A DNA stretch of 64,000 nucleotides, from assembly GCA_964624785.1 (NCBI GenBank), contig CAZUXR010000001.1, positions 213-64,212 on the forward strand. Direction: 5' to 3'. Shown here in pieces: positions 27,433 through 36,215 of the stretch. The position numbers were made by a program, and so were the translations under genes. This DNA comes from an uncultured Candidatus Saccharibacteria bacterium. Its GTDB lineage: Bacteria; Patescibacteriota; Saccharimonadia; Saccharimonadales; UBA10212. The notes under the pieces were generated by a model. That model was not told the origin of the DNA, did not search any database, and was given only the letters and a program-made list of their open reading frames with translations. Position 1 is the first letter of the stretch; each line of letters opens with the position of its first letter.

Positions 27433-28887
27433 ATGAAATTAGGGTGGAATAGCAACGTAAAAGCAACTGACAGCGAAGCAGAACTTGCTCACATCACGCA
27501 GGAAATCTATAAACGCAACCTAGAACTATCCGAGCGCAACAAAACTCTGCTTTTATTGCAACATATCGACGAGGCGGTTTTAAGTTCAACCGGTCAGCTT
27601 AGCGCCGTAATTCAAACAATCACCGACTTGCTAATTAGCGAGGGCGAGTTTGGATTTGCATCGATTTACCTGGCTGGCAAAAGTAGTAGCCTTGGCACGG
27701 CGCGCGGCTTTAGCACGAGCAAAACCATCCGCCCCGAACGTTTGGATTTAATAAAAAATCAGTTTGGCGCGCTCAACCTTACTCCGTCAAAAGACAACGA
27801 TCTATCCTATGCCATGCTAAGCGGAGATATTCAGGTTATTACTAGTTTCCGAGGGTTCAGGCCAGAGATTTCGGAAGAAGACGACGCTTCGCTAAAGGCC
27901 CTGCTAGAGGTCGACACGTTCTTTATATGCCCCCTTAAGTCCACCGGCCAAAGCTTGGGCGTAATGATTATCGGTCTGGTAAAAACCGCCGCATCTGTAA
28001 GCGAATACAAGATGAACCTAATTAAACGCCTTACAAACTCAATTAGCATAGCCGTACAAAACTACCTACTCTACGAAGAGCTAGAAGTCGCTAGCGATAA
28101 ACTTACCGAGCAGAACGCCACCCTGCAAAAGCTGAATCATTTAAAAGATGATTTTATGTCTATGGCAACGCACCAGCTTGGCACACCAATGGCTGTTGTG
28201 GATGGGTATATTTCTACAGTTATTCACCCAACGCACGGCGCTAATGTTAATAAGGATGAGCTACTGGGCAAAGCGCTTGCACGTCTGCGGCTTATGAAGC
28301 GTTTGGTCGAGGATTTTCTAAATGTGAGTCGAATGGAAACTGGACGATTTATAATTACCCGCACGCCAACCGATCTAAATAAAATGGTAGAGCAGGAAGT
28401 CGAACTTCTCGCGCAAAAAGCCAAAGAAGAAAATATAGAATTAAAATACAAAAAACCTGATCATCAGGTGCCGGTAATTTCTATCGATGAGCAAAAAACC
28501 CGCCAAGCAATCATGAATTTGATAGACAATGCCATCTACTATTCACCCGGAGCTACCGTAACAGTCAGCCTAAAGTCAGATGAACAAAATATCACTTTTC
28601 AGGTAGAAGACAGCGGAATTGGAATCGATGAGGAATCGCAAAAAAACTTATTCACCAAATATTACCGTGCAGACAACGCTAAAAAACAACGCCCCGACGG
28701 CAGCGGAATCGGCCTGTTTTTGGTCAAAAAAGTTATACAAGCCCAGGGCGGCCGATTGATTTTTAACAGCCAGCTGGGCGTAGGATCAACTTTTGGATTT
28801 ATCTTGCCAATAAAAAATCCCCCTGAACCAGAACAAGATATAGGACTGCCCAGCGAGCCAAAAATGCAACCCGAAACAGAAATTTAA
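27433..28887 (+). CDS. cytoplasmic sensor histidine kinase (GAF-like, HisKA, HATPase_c)
   Basis: H-box FMSMATHQLGTPM, N-box NLIDNAIYYS, G1 DSGIGI and G2 GSGIGLFLV. No TM segment. Confidence 0.85.
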   Translation: MKLGWNSNVKATDSEAELAHITQEIYKRNLELSERNKTLLLLQHIDEAVLSSTGQLSAVIQTITDLLISEGEFGFASIYLAGKSSSLGTARGFSTSKTIRPERLDLIKNQFGALNLTPSKDNDLSYAMLSGDIQVITSFRGFRPEISEEDDASLKALLEVDTFFICPLKSTGQSLGVMIIGLVKTAASVSEYKMNLIKRLTNSISIAVQNYLLYEELEVASDKLTEQNATLQKLNHLKDDFMSMATHQLGTPMAVVDGYISTVIHPTHGANVNKDELLGKALARLRLMKRLVEDFLNVSRMETGRFIITRTPTDLNKMVEQEVELLAQKAKEENIELKYKKPDHQVPVISIDEQKTRQAIMNLIDNAIYYSPGATVTVSLKSDEQNITFQVEDSGIGIDEESQKNLFTKYYRADNAKKQRPDGSGIGLFLVKKVIQAQGGRLIFNSQLGVGSTFGFILPIKNPPEPEQDIGLPSEPKMQPETEI

Positions 28888-30413
28888 CTGTGAGTTTTTA
28901 GTTCCGCGACGGCATCCTCGCCAAAGTGTTTTTTGAGTCTGGCTCGGATGGAGCCGGGGTGGCGACCAAATTCCTCGGTTAATTTTTTGACTGTAATCGG
29001 CTTACCTGCAGAAAAGAACCCTACCAACCTAGCATCGTCATCCGCAGACCACGGTTTATATGCATTTGGATATTTTGAACGCATTTTATCCAGCTTGTCA
29101 TTCCAGCTCCCACTAGATTTTATTATGATCGGCTCCTTAGAACGCTTACGTGCGCTTTCTCTCAAATGTTCGAACTTTTTAGCATCAATAACTGACTTTT
29201 TGCGCAATGTTTTATCTATCTCGAGAGCCTCGGGGCTTACCCGAAGCGCCATTTGGTTAATCCCTGCCAGGCTCAAAGTGTCCAAGCTGCGCACTCGGCT
29301 TAATGCCACATAGCCCATGCCTTCCACAAACGCCCGGCGTAAATCAATCCGTGCAGCGTCCAATGTCATTCCCTGACTTTTGTGCACCGTGATCGCCCAG
29401 GCTAGCCGCAGCGGAATTTGGCTCAAAGACGCACGTTTTTTGTCACCGTCGCGTAGCTCCCACGACTCCGGCGTAATTACTAATTTGCGGCCGCTTTTAA
29501 GTTCAACTTTTGGGTAGCCCGTTCCCTCTTCAAAACCCACAACCGTGCCGAGCGATCCGTTGACATACTTTTTTTCCGGATTATTTTTTATGCACATAAT
29601 CAACGCGCCTTTTTTTAATGTAAGAGTTTCTGCCGCCAAACAAGCTCGCTTGAGTGATTCCACATAGCTGGCTTTTCCGGTGGTACTCATGTGATATTGG
29701 CGCTCTTCGCTATCTAGTTTATGAAGCTGGCTAGAGTTTAGCTCGTCTACATCTACGTTTGTGGTGTGCAGCTGCGTAGCTTCGCCGACGTCCGCACTTT
29801 GGCGCGAAAGCAAAAGTTCCGCGTGGTGTCGGCGTATATCATTGCCCCTCAGCGCGTTCAAAATTTCTAAAAACTCATCGTCGTTTTGGCGATGCTGTTC
29901 GCTCAAATAACAAACTACCGGGTCTAGTTCTTCCCATACAACTGAATTCACCACAAATTCGCCAAGCTCCTCGCCGCGCTTGCTTACCGGGGGCAGCTGG
30001 AAAAAGTCGCCGCAAATCACCACCTGTAAACCGCCAAAAGGTTCGTTGACTTTACGCACGCTTCGCGCAATCTGATCTACCATATCCAGGCGAAAATGAT
30101 GCAGCATAGAAATCTCATCAATAATCAAAACATCTGTTTTAGCGATTGTGTCACGTCGGCCTTTAGTTAAATTTTCTATGATCCCAGGCGCCAGCTGGTT
30201 GTGGATTCCTATTCCGCTCCACGAATGTATGGTGTTGCCGTTTAGATGAGTCGCAGCCAATCCTGTCGTTGCCGTAACAGATACATGTTTGCCACTAGCC
30301 CGGGCGCGGCGAATAAAATCATTCAGAACAAAAGTCTTGCCAGAGCCTGCTGGCCCGGTCAGCAAAACGTTCTGCCCAGCTAACAGAATCTCTAGCGCAA
30401 GTTCTTGATCCAT
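28884..30413 (-). CDS. PIF1/RecD-family AAA_30 helicase with C-terminal helicase-associated HTH tail
   Basis: Walker A LLTGPAGSGKTF, Walker B VLIIDEISML, and the C-terminal motif ITVHKSQGMT. Confidence 0.85.
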   Translation of the reverse strand: MDQELALEILLAGQNVLLTGPAGSGKTFVLNDFIRRARASGKHVSVTATTGLAATHLNGNTIHSWSGIGIHNQLAPGIIENLTKGRRDTIAKTDVLIIDEISMLHHFRLDMVDQIARSVRKVNEPFGGLQVVICGDFFQLPPVSKRGEELGEFVVNSVVWEELDPVVCYLSEQHRQNDDEFLEILNALRGNDIRRHHAELLLSRQSADVGEATQLHTTNVDVDELNSSQLHKLDSEERQYHMSTTGKASYVESLKRACLAAETLTLKKGALIMCIKNNPEKKYVNGSLGTVVGFEEGTGYPKVELKSGRKLVITPESWELRDGDKKRASLSQIPLRLAWAITVHKSQGMTLDAARIDLRRAFVEGMGYVALSRVRSLDTLSLAGINQMALRVSPEALEIDKTLRKKSVIDAKKFEHLRESARKRSKEPIIIKSSGSWNDKLDKMRSKYPNAYKPWSADDDARLVGFFSAGKPITVKKLTEEFGRHPGSIRARLKKHFGEDAVAELKTHS

Positions 30414-30419
30414 CTATGA

Positions 30420-30580
30420 ATAGTTTATCGTTTTTGGTTTATGGTTGATAGTTTTTTTCAAAAATCCGAATCTCCCAGATTATTTCCGGGGTTTAATTCT
30501 GGAAATATGGGTTCTGGCTTCCTGCTTTTTTGCTCTGGACTACCGGCTCTCAGCTACAAGCTAATCCGAACGGTTTTTAT
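30420..30580. repeat. phase-locked heptanucleotide mosaic, copy H
   Basis: About 23 consecutive 7-mers in one register. The blocks are ATAGTTT ATCGTTT TTGGTTT ATGGTTG ATAGTTT, then AAATCCG AATCTCC, then TTCTGGA AATATGG GTTCTGG CTTCCTG, then GCTCTGG ACTACCG GCTCTCA GCTACAA GCTAATC. It overlaps the DUF167 stop. Confidence 0.7.
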
Positions 30581-30790
30581 TCGCGATTTATGGCCGCGTA
30601 CAATTTCGACATTCGATTTTGGCACTTCATAAAAATCCGCCAGCAACCCAATCACCGCCTTATTAGCTCGGCCATCAATCGCCGGTTCGCTGGTATAAAC
30701 CAAAAGCTCGCCAGTCAAACTCGGCTGCACCAAAGAACCTTTTTTGCTCGCTGGTTTAACCCGTACCGTAATCTCAAAAACCTTATCCAT
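30554..30790 (-). CDS. DUF167 (YggU-like) family protein
   Basis: MDKVFEITVRVKPASKKGSLV...AIDGRANKAVIGLLADFYEVPKSNVEIVRGHKSRIKTVRI is the YggU pattern. Start set at the ATG at 30790, not the longer ORF. Confidence 0.75.
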   Translation of the reverse strand: MDKVFEITVRVKPASKKGSLVQPSLTGELLVYTSEPAIDGRANKAVIGLLADFYEVPKSNVEIVRGHKSRIKTVRISL

Positions 30791-30803
30791 TCCTAAAACG
30801 TAC

Positions 30804-31442
30804 CTAACTTTTTGGGGGCAAAAGTCGTTTAAAATCCCAGGTTCCATGGCGCATCGTATAATTTTTATTCCCAACAGCTTTATCCAAAATAATATTGTCG
30901 GTCTTGAACTTCCTTGCGTAAATATCTTGGTAGGCAATCTTTGCTACCAGCTTAGCTGGGCCTTCTGCCATAACCTCGTCCAGGGCTTTTTTAGCTTCGA
31001 GGTCCATCATAACTAACTCGCTCTCTTCTACTGCCAGACTACGGTTGGAACTAATCTTTATTTTCCCCACATAAACATCAACATATTTTGCCGGACCCTT
31101 ACCCAAATTGCGCAAGTATAACTTTTGCAGATTGCCGTTTTTTATTATCGGCCCCTTGCCCTTTTGAAGTGGTTCGATTATCGGCAAAAATTCGTTAAGC
31201 ATTATTTCTTCCTGCATATCCACTTGCTTGCTGGTGCTCATTTTTAGCTGGTAAGTTTCGTAGGCATACCAAAAAATCCCTAGTGCTGTTAGCCACAAAA
31301 CCGTGTCGCTAACCCGCCCGTCGTCAGAAAGGTTCACCCAACTGAGCCGCCCGCCAAGCCAAATAAATCCCGCACCCAACAAAAAACACAAAAACAAAAC
31401 AGGAATTATATTCTCCTTAACAATTTGCTTTAACTTTTTCAT
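30804..31442 (-). CDS. hypothetical protein with 2 N-terminal TM segments
   Basis: 212-aa ORF. No family recognised. Confidence 0.5.
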   Translation of the reverse strand: MKKLKQIVKENIIPVLFLCFLLGAGFIWLGGRLSWVNLSDDGRVSDTVLWLTALGIFWYAYETYQLKMSTSKQVDMQEEIMLNEFLPIIEPLQKGKGPIIKNGNLQKLYLRNLGKGPAKYVDVYVGKIKISSNRSLAVEESELVMMDLEAKKALDEVMAEGPAKLVAKIAYQDIYARKFKTDNIILDKAVGNKNYTMRHGTWDFKRLLPPKS

Positions 31443-31465
31443 CAGATTTCAATCATAACATTGAA

Positions 31466-32035
31466 CTAGCTTAAGGTGCGTCGCCGGTATAAAACCGTAA
31501 ACATAATAGCGCAGTTAATTAGCAAGAGGTAAATTGCAAAACTCAAAGAGGCAACATTGAATTTATCTAAAGACACAAGTGTTAATACCGAGGCAATGGA
31601 TATAACAAAGAATGTCTGCCAGGTTTCTTCGCCTGGATTAATCCATGAATGGCGAAGTGTAGGAATAGCGGCTATAAGATCGATTATAACTGCGGCAACG
31701 ATTGCGACTTCTGGCGAGTTAAAAATTAACCATAAGGCCAAGCCTACCACTGCCGCAGCCTGGCATAGACCATCAAACCAAGAGAATTTGGCAATTCCAT
31801 ATTTTAGACCCAGTAAAAGTGTAGTGCCAGTACCAATCAGATCTCCTAAAGTCAAAAATGCACTTCTTGGTTCGTGCGCCACAAATGCAGCGCTGGTCGC
31901 AATGGCTAGAAGTATTGTCCATGTCAACCAAGATACAACATTCGGTTTTGTTCTACCGTGAATTATGTCAATTATATACGGAATAATTGCTACGACCGCT
32001 AACACTCCAGCAATAATTGCCAATATTTCTTTCAT
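31466..32035 (-). CDS. hypothetical polytopic membrane protein (about 6 TM)
   Basis: 189-aa hydrophobic ORF. It has a 4-nt overlap with the upstream gene's stop. Confidence 0.55.
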   Translation of the reverse strand: MKEILAIIAGVLAVVAIIPYIIDIIHGRTKPNVVSWLTWTILLAIATSAAFVAHEPRSAFLTLGDLIGTGTTLLLGLKYGIAKFSWFDGLCQAAAVVGLALWLIFNSPEVAIVAAVIIDLIAAIPTLRHSWINPGEETWQTFFVISIASVLTLVSLDKFNVASLSFAIYLLLINCAIMFTVLYRRRTLS

Positions 32036-32769
32036 CTTGGGTTCATTTTAGCACCTTTGGCTCGCATGTAATGTTGGCGTTGGGTGGGATTTAGATGTTC
32101 TAAGCTGTAACGCAGAGCGGTGCGGCGCATTTGGTGGGCGTGTTCGTCCAAGAACTCGAGCAAAGCCTGCCTATCCACGTCACCGGCGCAGCGCAACATC
32201 CAGCCAACGGCTTTGTGAATTAAATCATGATCGTCATTTAATAAAACCTTGGCCAGCGCGAACGTATCATCCAACTGCCCAGCACGAATAAATTGCAGTG
32301 TGCTAACCATTGCCACTCGTTTTGCCCACAGATTTTTTGATTCAGCCAATTTGTAAAGCGGCGCGTGATTTTTACCTAGCAAATACCCACCAACGACTCC
32401 CGGACAGCTAATATCCACCAGGTCCCAATTATTGATGTGTTTAATGTTTTTTAGATAGCTTTTGTAGAGTCGTTTTTTAAGTTCCGGATCAGCTCGTTTA
32501 GCCTGTTCGGTCATGATCACCAGCGCCGCCATTCGATGCTCGTGCATGGGACTAGCAAGCAATTTTTCGATTTCTGGCAGCGGCAAACTTTTATATTGTT
32601 TGCAGATTTTGCGAATCACCGGAACCCGTATTCCTAAAAATTTATCACCCGCGCCATATTGCCCTTCGGCCGTTTTAAAGAACCGCGCAGCAAACCTCGC
32701 CACATCCCCATCCGCCAACTCGTCCAAATCCCGCCTAACACTCCCTGCTGTCATCACGGGAATATCCAT
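32032..32769 (-). CDS. DNA alkylation repair protein (AlkD-like HEAT-repeat glycosylase family)
   Basis: FLGIRVPVIRKI...HEHRMAALVIM...INNWDLVD...KAVGWMLR are typical of the family. Start set at the ATG at 32769 to avoid a 77-nt overlap. Confidence 0.8.
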   Translation of the reverse strand: MDIPVMTAGSVRRDLDELADGDVARFAARFFKTAEGQYGAGDKFLGIRVPVIRKICKQYKSLPLPEIEKLLASPMHEHRMAALVIMTEQAKRADPELKKRLYKSYLKNIKHINNWDLVDISCPGVVGGYLLGKNHAPLYKLAESKNLWAKRVAMVSTLQFIRAGQLDDTFALAKVLLNDDHDLIHKAVGWMLRCAGDVDRQALLEFLDEHAHQMRRTALRYSLEHLNPTQRQHYMRAKGAKMNPR

Positions 32770-32773
32770 ACTT

Positions 32774-33172
32774 CTATGAGACACAGAGCTCTTTAAAACC
32801 TGTTGCTTCATCCATGCTTCTGCGAAAGCTCGCTCCTTCTTCGTAACCAATCACCAATTCTAACGTAGTTTTAACGCGTCCCCCTTTTAGGTGACCCCCT
32901 TTAACGATCCCATCTTTATCGGATAAAGATATGTGAAGATGATGACCGTCAACAGAAAACGTTCCAACCAACGAAACTATTTCCAATTCTTCTTTGAATG
33001 TTCGAATGTCTTCAACTTTTGGAGTTGCGCCAGCCATACGGCAAGTCACCTCGCTCAAGCAACCAACAGCCGTAATTACAAAACCAGCTCTAACTCCGTG
33101 GTTTTTAACCACTTTATCCATGCTAGCTTTGAGCTCTTCCCCTGGTTTAAGTCGAATCGTAACAGTCTTCAT
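32774..33172 (-). CDS. PPC/DUF296 domain protein
   Basis: RLKPGEEL...GFVITAVGCLS...EIVSLVGTFS...HLHISLSD...GGHL matches the PPC-domain pattern. Confidence 0.75.
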   Translation of the reverse strand: MKTVTIRLKPGEELKASMDKVVKNHGVRAGFVITAVGCLSEVTCRMAGATPKVEDIRTFKEELEIVSLVGTFSVDGHHLHISLSDKDGIVKGGHLKGGRVKTTLELVIGYEEGASFRRSMDEATGFKELCVS

Positions 33173-33230
33173 ACTACCCTAATCATAGCACTTAATAAGA
33201 TGTATGGTGCCCAGATCTTTGTGAGTGTTT

Positions 33231-33620
33231 TCAGGATTTATTGGGTTTGGAGTGATTTTTAAACCAGGCAGCGATTGCTGGAACATTCAGGTGTTCTACC
33301 GCCACCCGCACCGCAAAATCCTCCAGCTCTTTAGGCAATGCTACCGGCTTATAACCATTTCGCATCAAAAATAGCGACGCCAAGGTAATCGCTGAGCGCT
33401 TATTTCCGTCCACAAACGGATGGTCGGCAATGATAGAGCGTACGTAAACTGCCGCTTTTTCAAATACGGAGGGATACAGCTCCTTACCAAAAACATCTTG
33501 TGCCGGAGCCGCCAAGGCGGACTGCAGCCGTCCTTCATCGCGTACCCCGTGTGAGCCGCCAAATTCTTCGATAATCACATGGTGTAAGAGCAATAACTCT
33601 TCAATATCAAAATAACGCAT
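33231..33620 (-). CDS. doc: Doc (death-on-curing) Fic-fold toxin
   Basis: Fic/Doc motif HPFVDGNKR. 129 aa, 6 nt downstream of a small AbrB-type gene. Confidence 0.85.
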   Translation of the reverse strand: MRYFDIEELLLLHHVIIEEFGGSHGVRDEGRLQSALAAPAQDVFGKELYPSVFEKAAVYVRSIIADHPFVDGNKRSAITLASLFLMRNGYKPVALPKELEDFAVRVAVEHLNVPAIAAWFKNHSKPNKS

Positions 33621-33626
33621 GGTCAG

Positions 33627-33848
33627 TTATCTCTGCGAAAGGTTTTTAAGAGTTTCGCTGTATTGCTGCTTGAATTTCTCGTAGTCCGTCAGTAATTGTT
33701 CGTTTTTAGTTACTTTTTCTGTTGGCTGGAGCGTAACATCAACTTCGCTACCTGCCATAATACCGGCACTACGAGCCTCACGAGCCGGAATAGTAACCGC
33801 CAGGCTACTGCCAACTTTTATAACTTTTTGAATAGATTTAATGGTCAT
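33627..33848 (-). CDS. AbrB/MazE/SpoVT-type antitoxin
   Basis: VIKVGSSLAVTIPAREARSAGI is a swapped-hairpin AbrB motif. 73 aa, immediately upstream of doc. Confidence 0.75.
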   Translation of the reverse strand: MTIKSIQKVIKVGSSLAVTIPAREARSAGIMAGSEVDVTLQPTEKVTKNEQLLTDYEKFKQQYSETLKNLSQR

Positions 33849-33969
33849 GCTTACATCCTAGCATTATTATAATATTATTACAATATTTTCTTCTTATAGT
33901 GGTTCTAGGTGGAGCCACTCACCTTCAAAAATCACCCCCACCTCCCTATGATTTAAAATTGGGTTTTGT

Positions 33970-35319
33970 TTATAGGTCGGATATTTTTACGCGGGTTTGT
34001 TTGGTGGTGTCGCGGTCGCGGACTGTTACGGTGTTGTCTTCCAGGGTTTGAAAGTCGATAACCACACAATACGGTGTGCCGATTTCGTCTTGGCGACGGT
34101 AGCGTTTGCCGATGTTGCCATTATCATCCCACTCGCAAGGGAATTTTTTGCTCAATTCCCCGTAAACTTCGCGGGCTTTTGCCACCAACTCCGGCTTATT
34201 TTTGAGCAGCGGCGAAACGGCGTAGCGGACCGGGGCCAGATCGGGATTTAGTTTTAGCACAGTTCGGCTCTCGCCGTTAATCTCTTCTACCGTATAGGCG
34301 TCGCTAATAACCGCCAAAAACATGCGACCCAGACCAACAGAAGTTTCTAAAATCCAGGGAATGTATTTCTCGTGCGTTTCCGGATCCTGGTAGTTCAAAT
34401 CCGTGCCAGAAAACTTCATGTGCTGGCTTAAGTCGTAGTCTGTCCGGTCGTGCACGCCCTCCATCTCATCAAAGCCAAGCGACGGATAATTATACTCAAT
34501 ATCCCAGGCATCCGACGCGTAAAATACCAGGTTGTCATGCTGCTTCCAGCGCAAATTTTGTTCTTTAATACCAATATCCAAATACCACTGCCAGCGGTTT
34601 TGCTTAATCTTTTCGTAAGCTTCTTTGTTCTGGTGCGGTTTTACAAAATACTGCGTATCGGCTTGTTCTAGTTCGCGGGTGCGAAACAAAAAGTTGCGCG
34701 GACTAATCTCGTTGCGAAAAGCTTTGCCAATTTGAGCGATGCCAAACGGCACTTTCATGCGCGTGGTGTCGACCACATTTTTAAAATTCAAATAAATCCC
34801 CTGGCAGGCTTCGCCGGGCAAATAAACCGGTCGATCGTCTTCACCGGCAAAATCACCCAGGTTTGATTTAACTAACAGATTAAAGGCTTTTGCTCCTGTA
34901 AAATCTTTGTTGCCGCACTTTGGGCATTTGATTTTGTCGCGACTAGCGTCGAATAATTTATTGAGTTCAACTTCGCCCATTTTTTCGTCAGCCGCCACGC
35001 CGACGTTGCCTAGTTCTTTATCCACCCGAATTCGCGTATGACAAACTTTGCATTCAGCCAACGGATCAGAAAATCCAGTAGTATGCCCAGACGCTTCCCA
35101 TACTTTTGGGTTTTTAAAAATCGCCGAATCCAAACCTACGTAATTTTCGCGATTTTGCACATTTGCCTGCCACCAAGCCCGCTTAAGGTTGTTGAGCAGC
35201 TCAACACCGTACGGCCCAAAATCATACAATCCGGCTTCCCCGCCGTAAATTTCTGACCCTTGGTAAATAAACCCGCGGCGCTTACACAAACTAACAATAT
35301 CTTCTAAATTTGCACTCAT
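33970..35319 (-). CDS. glyQS: glycine--tRNA ligase (homodimeric class II type)
   Basis: RRGFIYQGSEIYGG...LYDFGPYGVELLNN, FRNEISPR and the C-terminal anticodon-binding domain. Start at the ATG at 35319. Confidence 0.9.
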   Translation of the reverse strand: MSANLEDIVSLCKRRGFIYQGSEIYGGEAGLYDFGPYGVELLNNLKRAWWQANVQNRENYVGLDSAIFKNPKVWEASGHTTGFSDPLAECKVCHTRIRVDKELGNVGVAADEKMGEVELNKLFDASRDKIKCPKCGNKDFTGAKAFNLLVKSNLGDFAGEDDRPVYLPGEACQGIYLNFKNVVDTTRMKVPFGIAQIGKAFRNEISPRNFLFRTRELEQADTQYFVKPHQNKEAYEKIKQNRWQWYLDIGIKEQNLRWKQHDNLVFYASDAWDIEYNYPSLGFDEMEGVHDRTDYDLSQHMKFSGTDLNYQDPETHEKYIPWILETSVGLGRMFLAVISDAYTVEEINGESRTVLKLNPDLAPVRYAVSPLLKNKPELVAKAREVYGELSKKFPCEWDDNGNIGKRYRRQDEIGTPYCVVIDFQTLEDNTVTVRDRDTTKQTRVKISDL

Positions 35320-35365
35320 CTTGATGAAAATTATACGCAATCACCTCCCCAAAGTACACTTAGCC

Positions 35366-35396
35366 TTCAAATAAAATAAGCGATAGGTTATTTTAT
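35366..35396. repeat. left copy of the 31-bp inverted repeat flanking the 35401 gene
   Basis: TTCAAATAAAATAAGCGATAGGTTATTTTAT is the exact reverse complement of 35982-36012. It is itself a hairpin (AAATAAAATAA / TTATTTTATT). Confidence 0.85.
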
Positions 35397-35400
35397 TAGT

Positions 35401-35985
35401 ATGGCTAAAAACGAAAGTACATCTGCGATTGTTGACGGAGTGTTAAGATTTACAGTGGTCGGTGGTTCAATCGCCGCCGGATTGTTCCTGCCTAACCTTT
35501 TAGTCACGCTGGATAAACCACTTAACAAATACTTTGCCCACCTTGATAAAAACGCTCGCGAAAGAGAAGTTCGAAGAGTGCTTAGCTATATGAAATCGCA
35601 CAAACTATTAACAGAAAATTACGAACACGGCATTGTGCTTACAGAAACGGGCAAAAAGCGCCTAGAACAGGCTGAGTTTGAATCACTTAAAATTAAACCG
35701 CTCAAAGAGTGGGATTATAAATGGCGTATCGTACTATATGATATCCCAGAAAATAAAAAAGTTGACAGACGAATACTGCAATTAAAGTTACAAAAGCTAG
35801 GGTTTAGACAGCTTCAACGCAGCGTACTGATTCACCCCTTCCCTTGTCGAGAAGTTATCGAATCCGTTTCCAACCACTACAAGCTAAGCGTGTATGTCAG
35901 CTATATAGAAGCAACTGGAATCGACAATCAAGCTGCCCTGATATCAAAATTCCAAAAAAGCTTACCAAACACATCCTTCAAATAA
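35401..35985 (+). CDS. membrane-anchored winged-helix / PaaX-like (Cas2-fold) putative regulator
   Basis: N-terminal TM, a wHTH-like segment (VLSYMKSHKLLTENYEHGIVLTETGKKRL), and WDYKWRIVLYDIPENKKVDRRILQLKLQKLGFRQLQRSVLIHPF typical of the PaaX-like middle domain. Confidence 0.5.
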   Translation: MAKNESTSAIVDGVLRFTVVGGSIAAGLFLPNLLVTLDKPLNKYFAHLDKNAREREVRRVLSYMKSHKLLTENYEHGIVLTETGKKRLEQAEFESLKIKPLKEWDYKWRIVLYDIPENKKVDRRILQLKLQKLGFRQLQRSVLIHPFPCREVIESVSNHYKLSVYVSYIEATGIDNQAALISKFQKSLPNTSFK

Positions 35986-36012
35986 AATAACCTATCGCTT
36001 ATTTTATTTGAA
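35982..36012. repeat. right copy of the 31-bp inverted repeat flanking the 35401 gene
   Basis: ATAAAATAACCTATCGCTTATTTTATTTGAA. It overlaps the stop codon of the 35401 gene. Confidence 0.85.
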
Positions 36013-36215
36013 ACCGGAGCGGATGTTAGGGTGGATAAATTTGCACAATATATTTATGCAAAAAATAAAAACCTAGCTCATTATTCGCGACATAACGCAA
36101 CCCTACCAAGAGATTGTAAGAATAATCACAAAAAAACCCTTGCGCTTAAGCTTATAAAATGGTACACTGCGTCGTATAAATCACTATTAATGTTCCTAGG
36201 ATTCAGAAAAATAAA

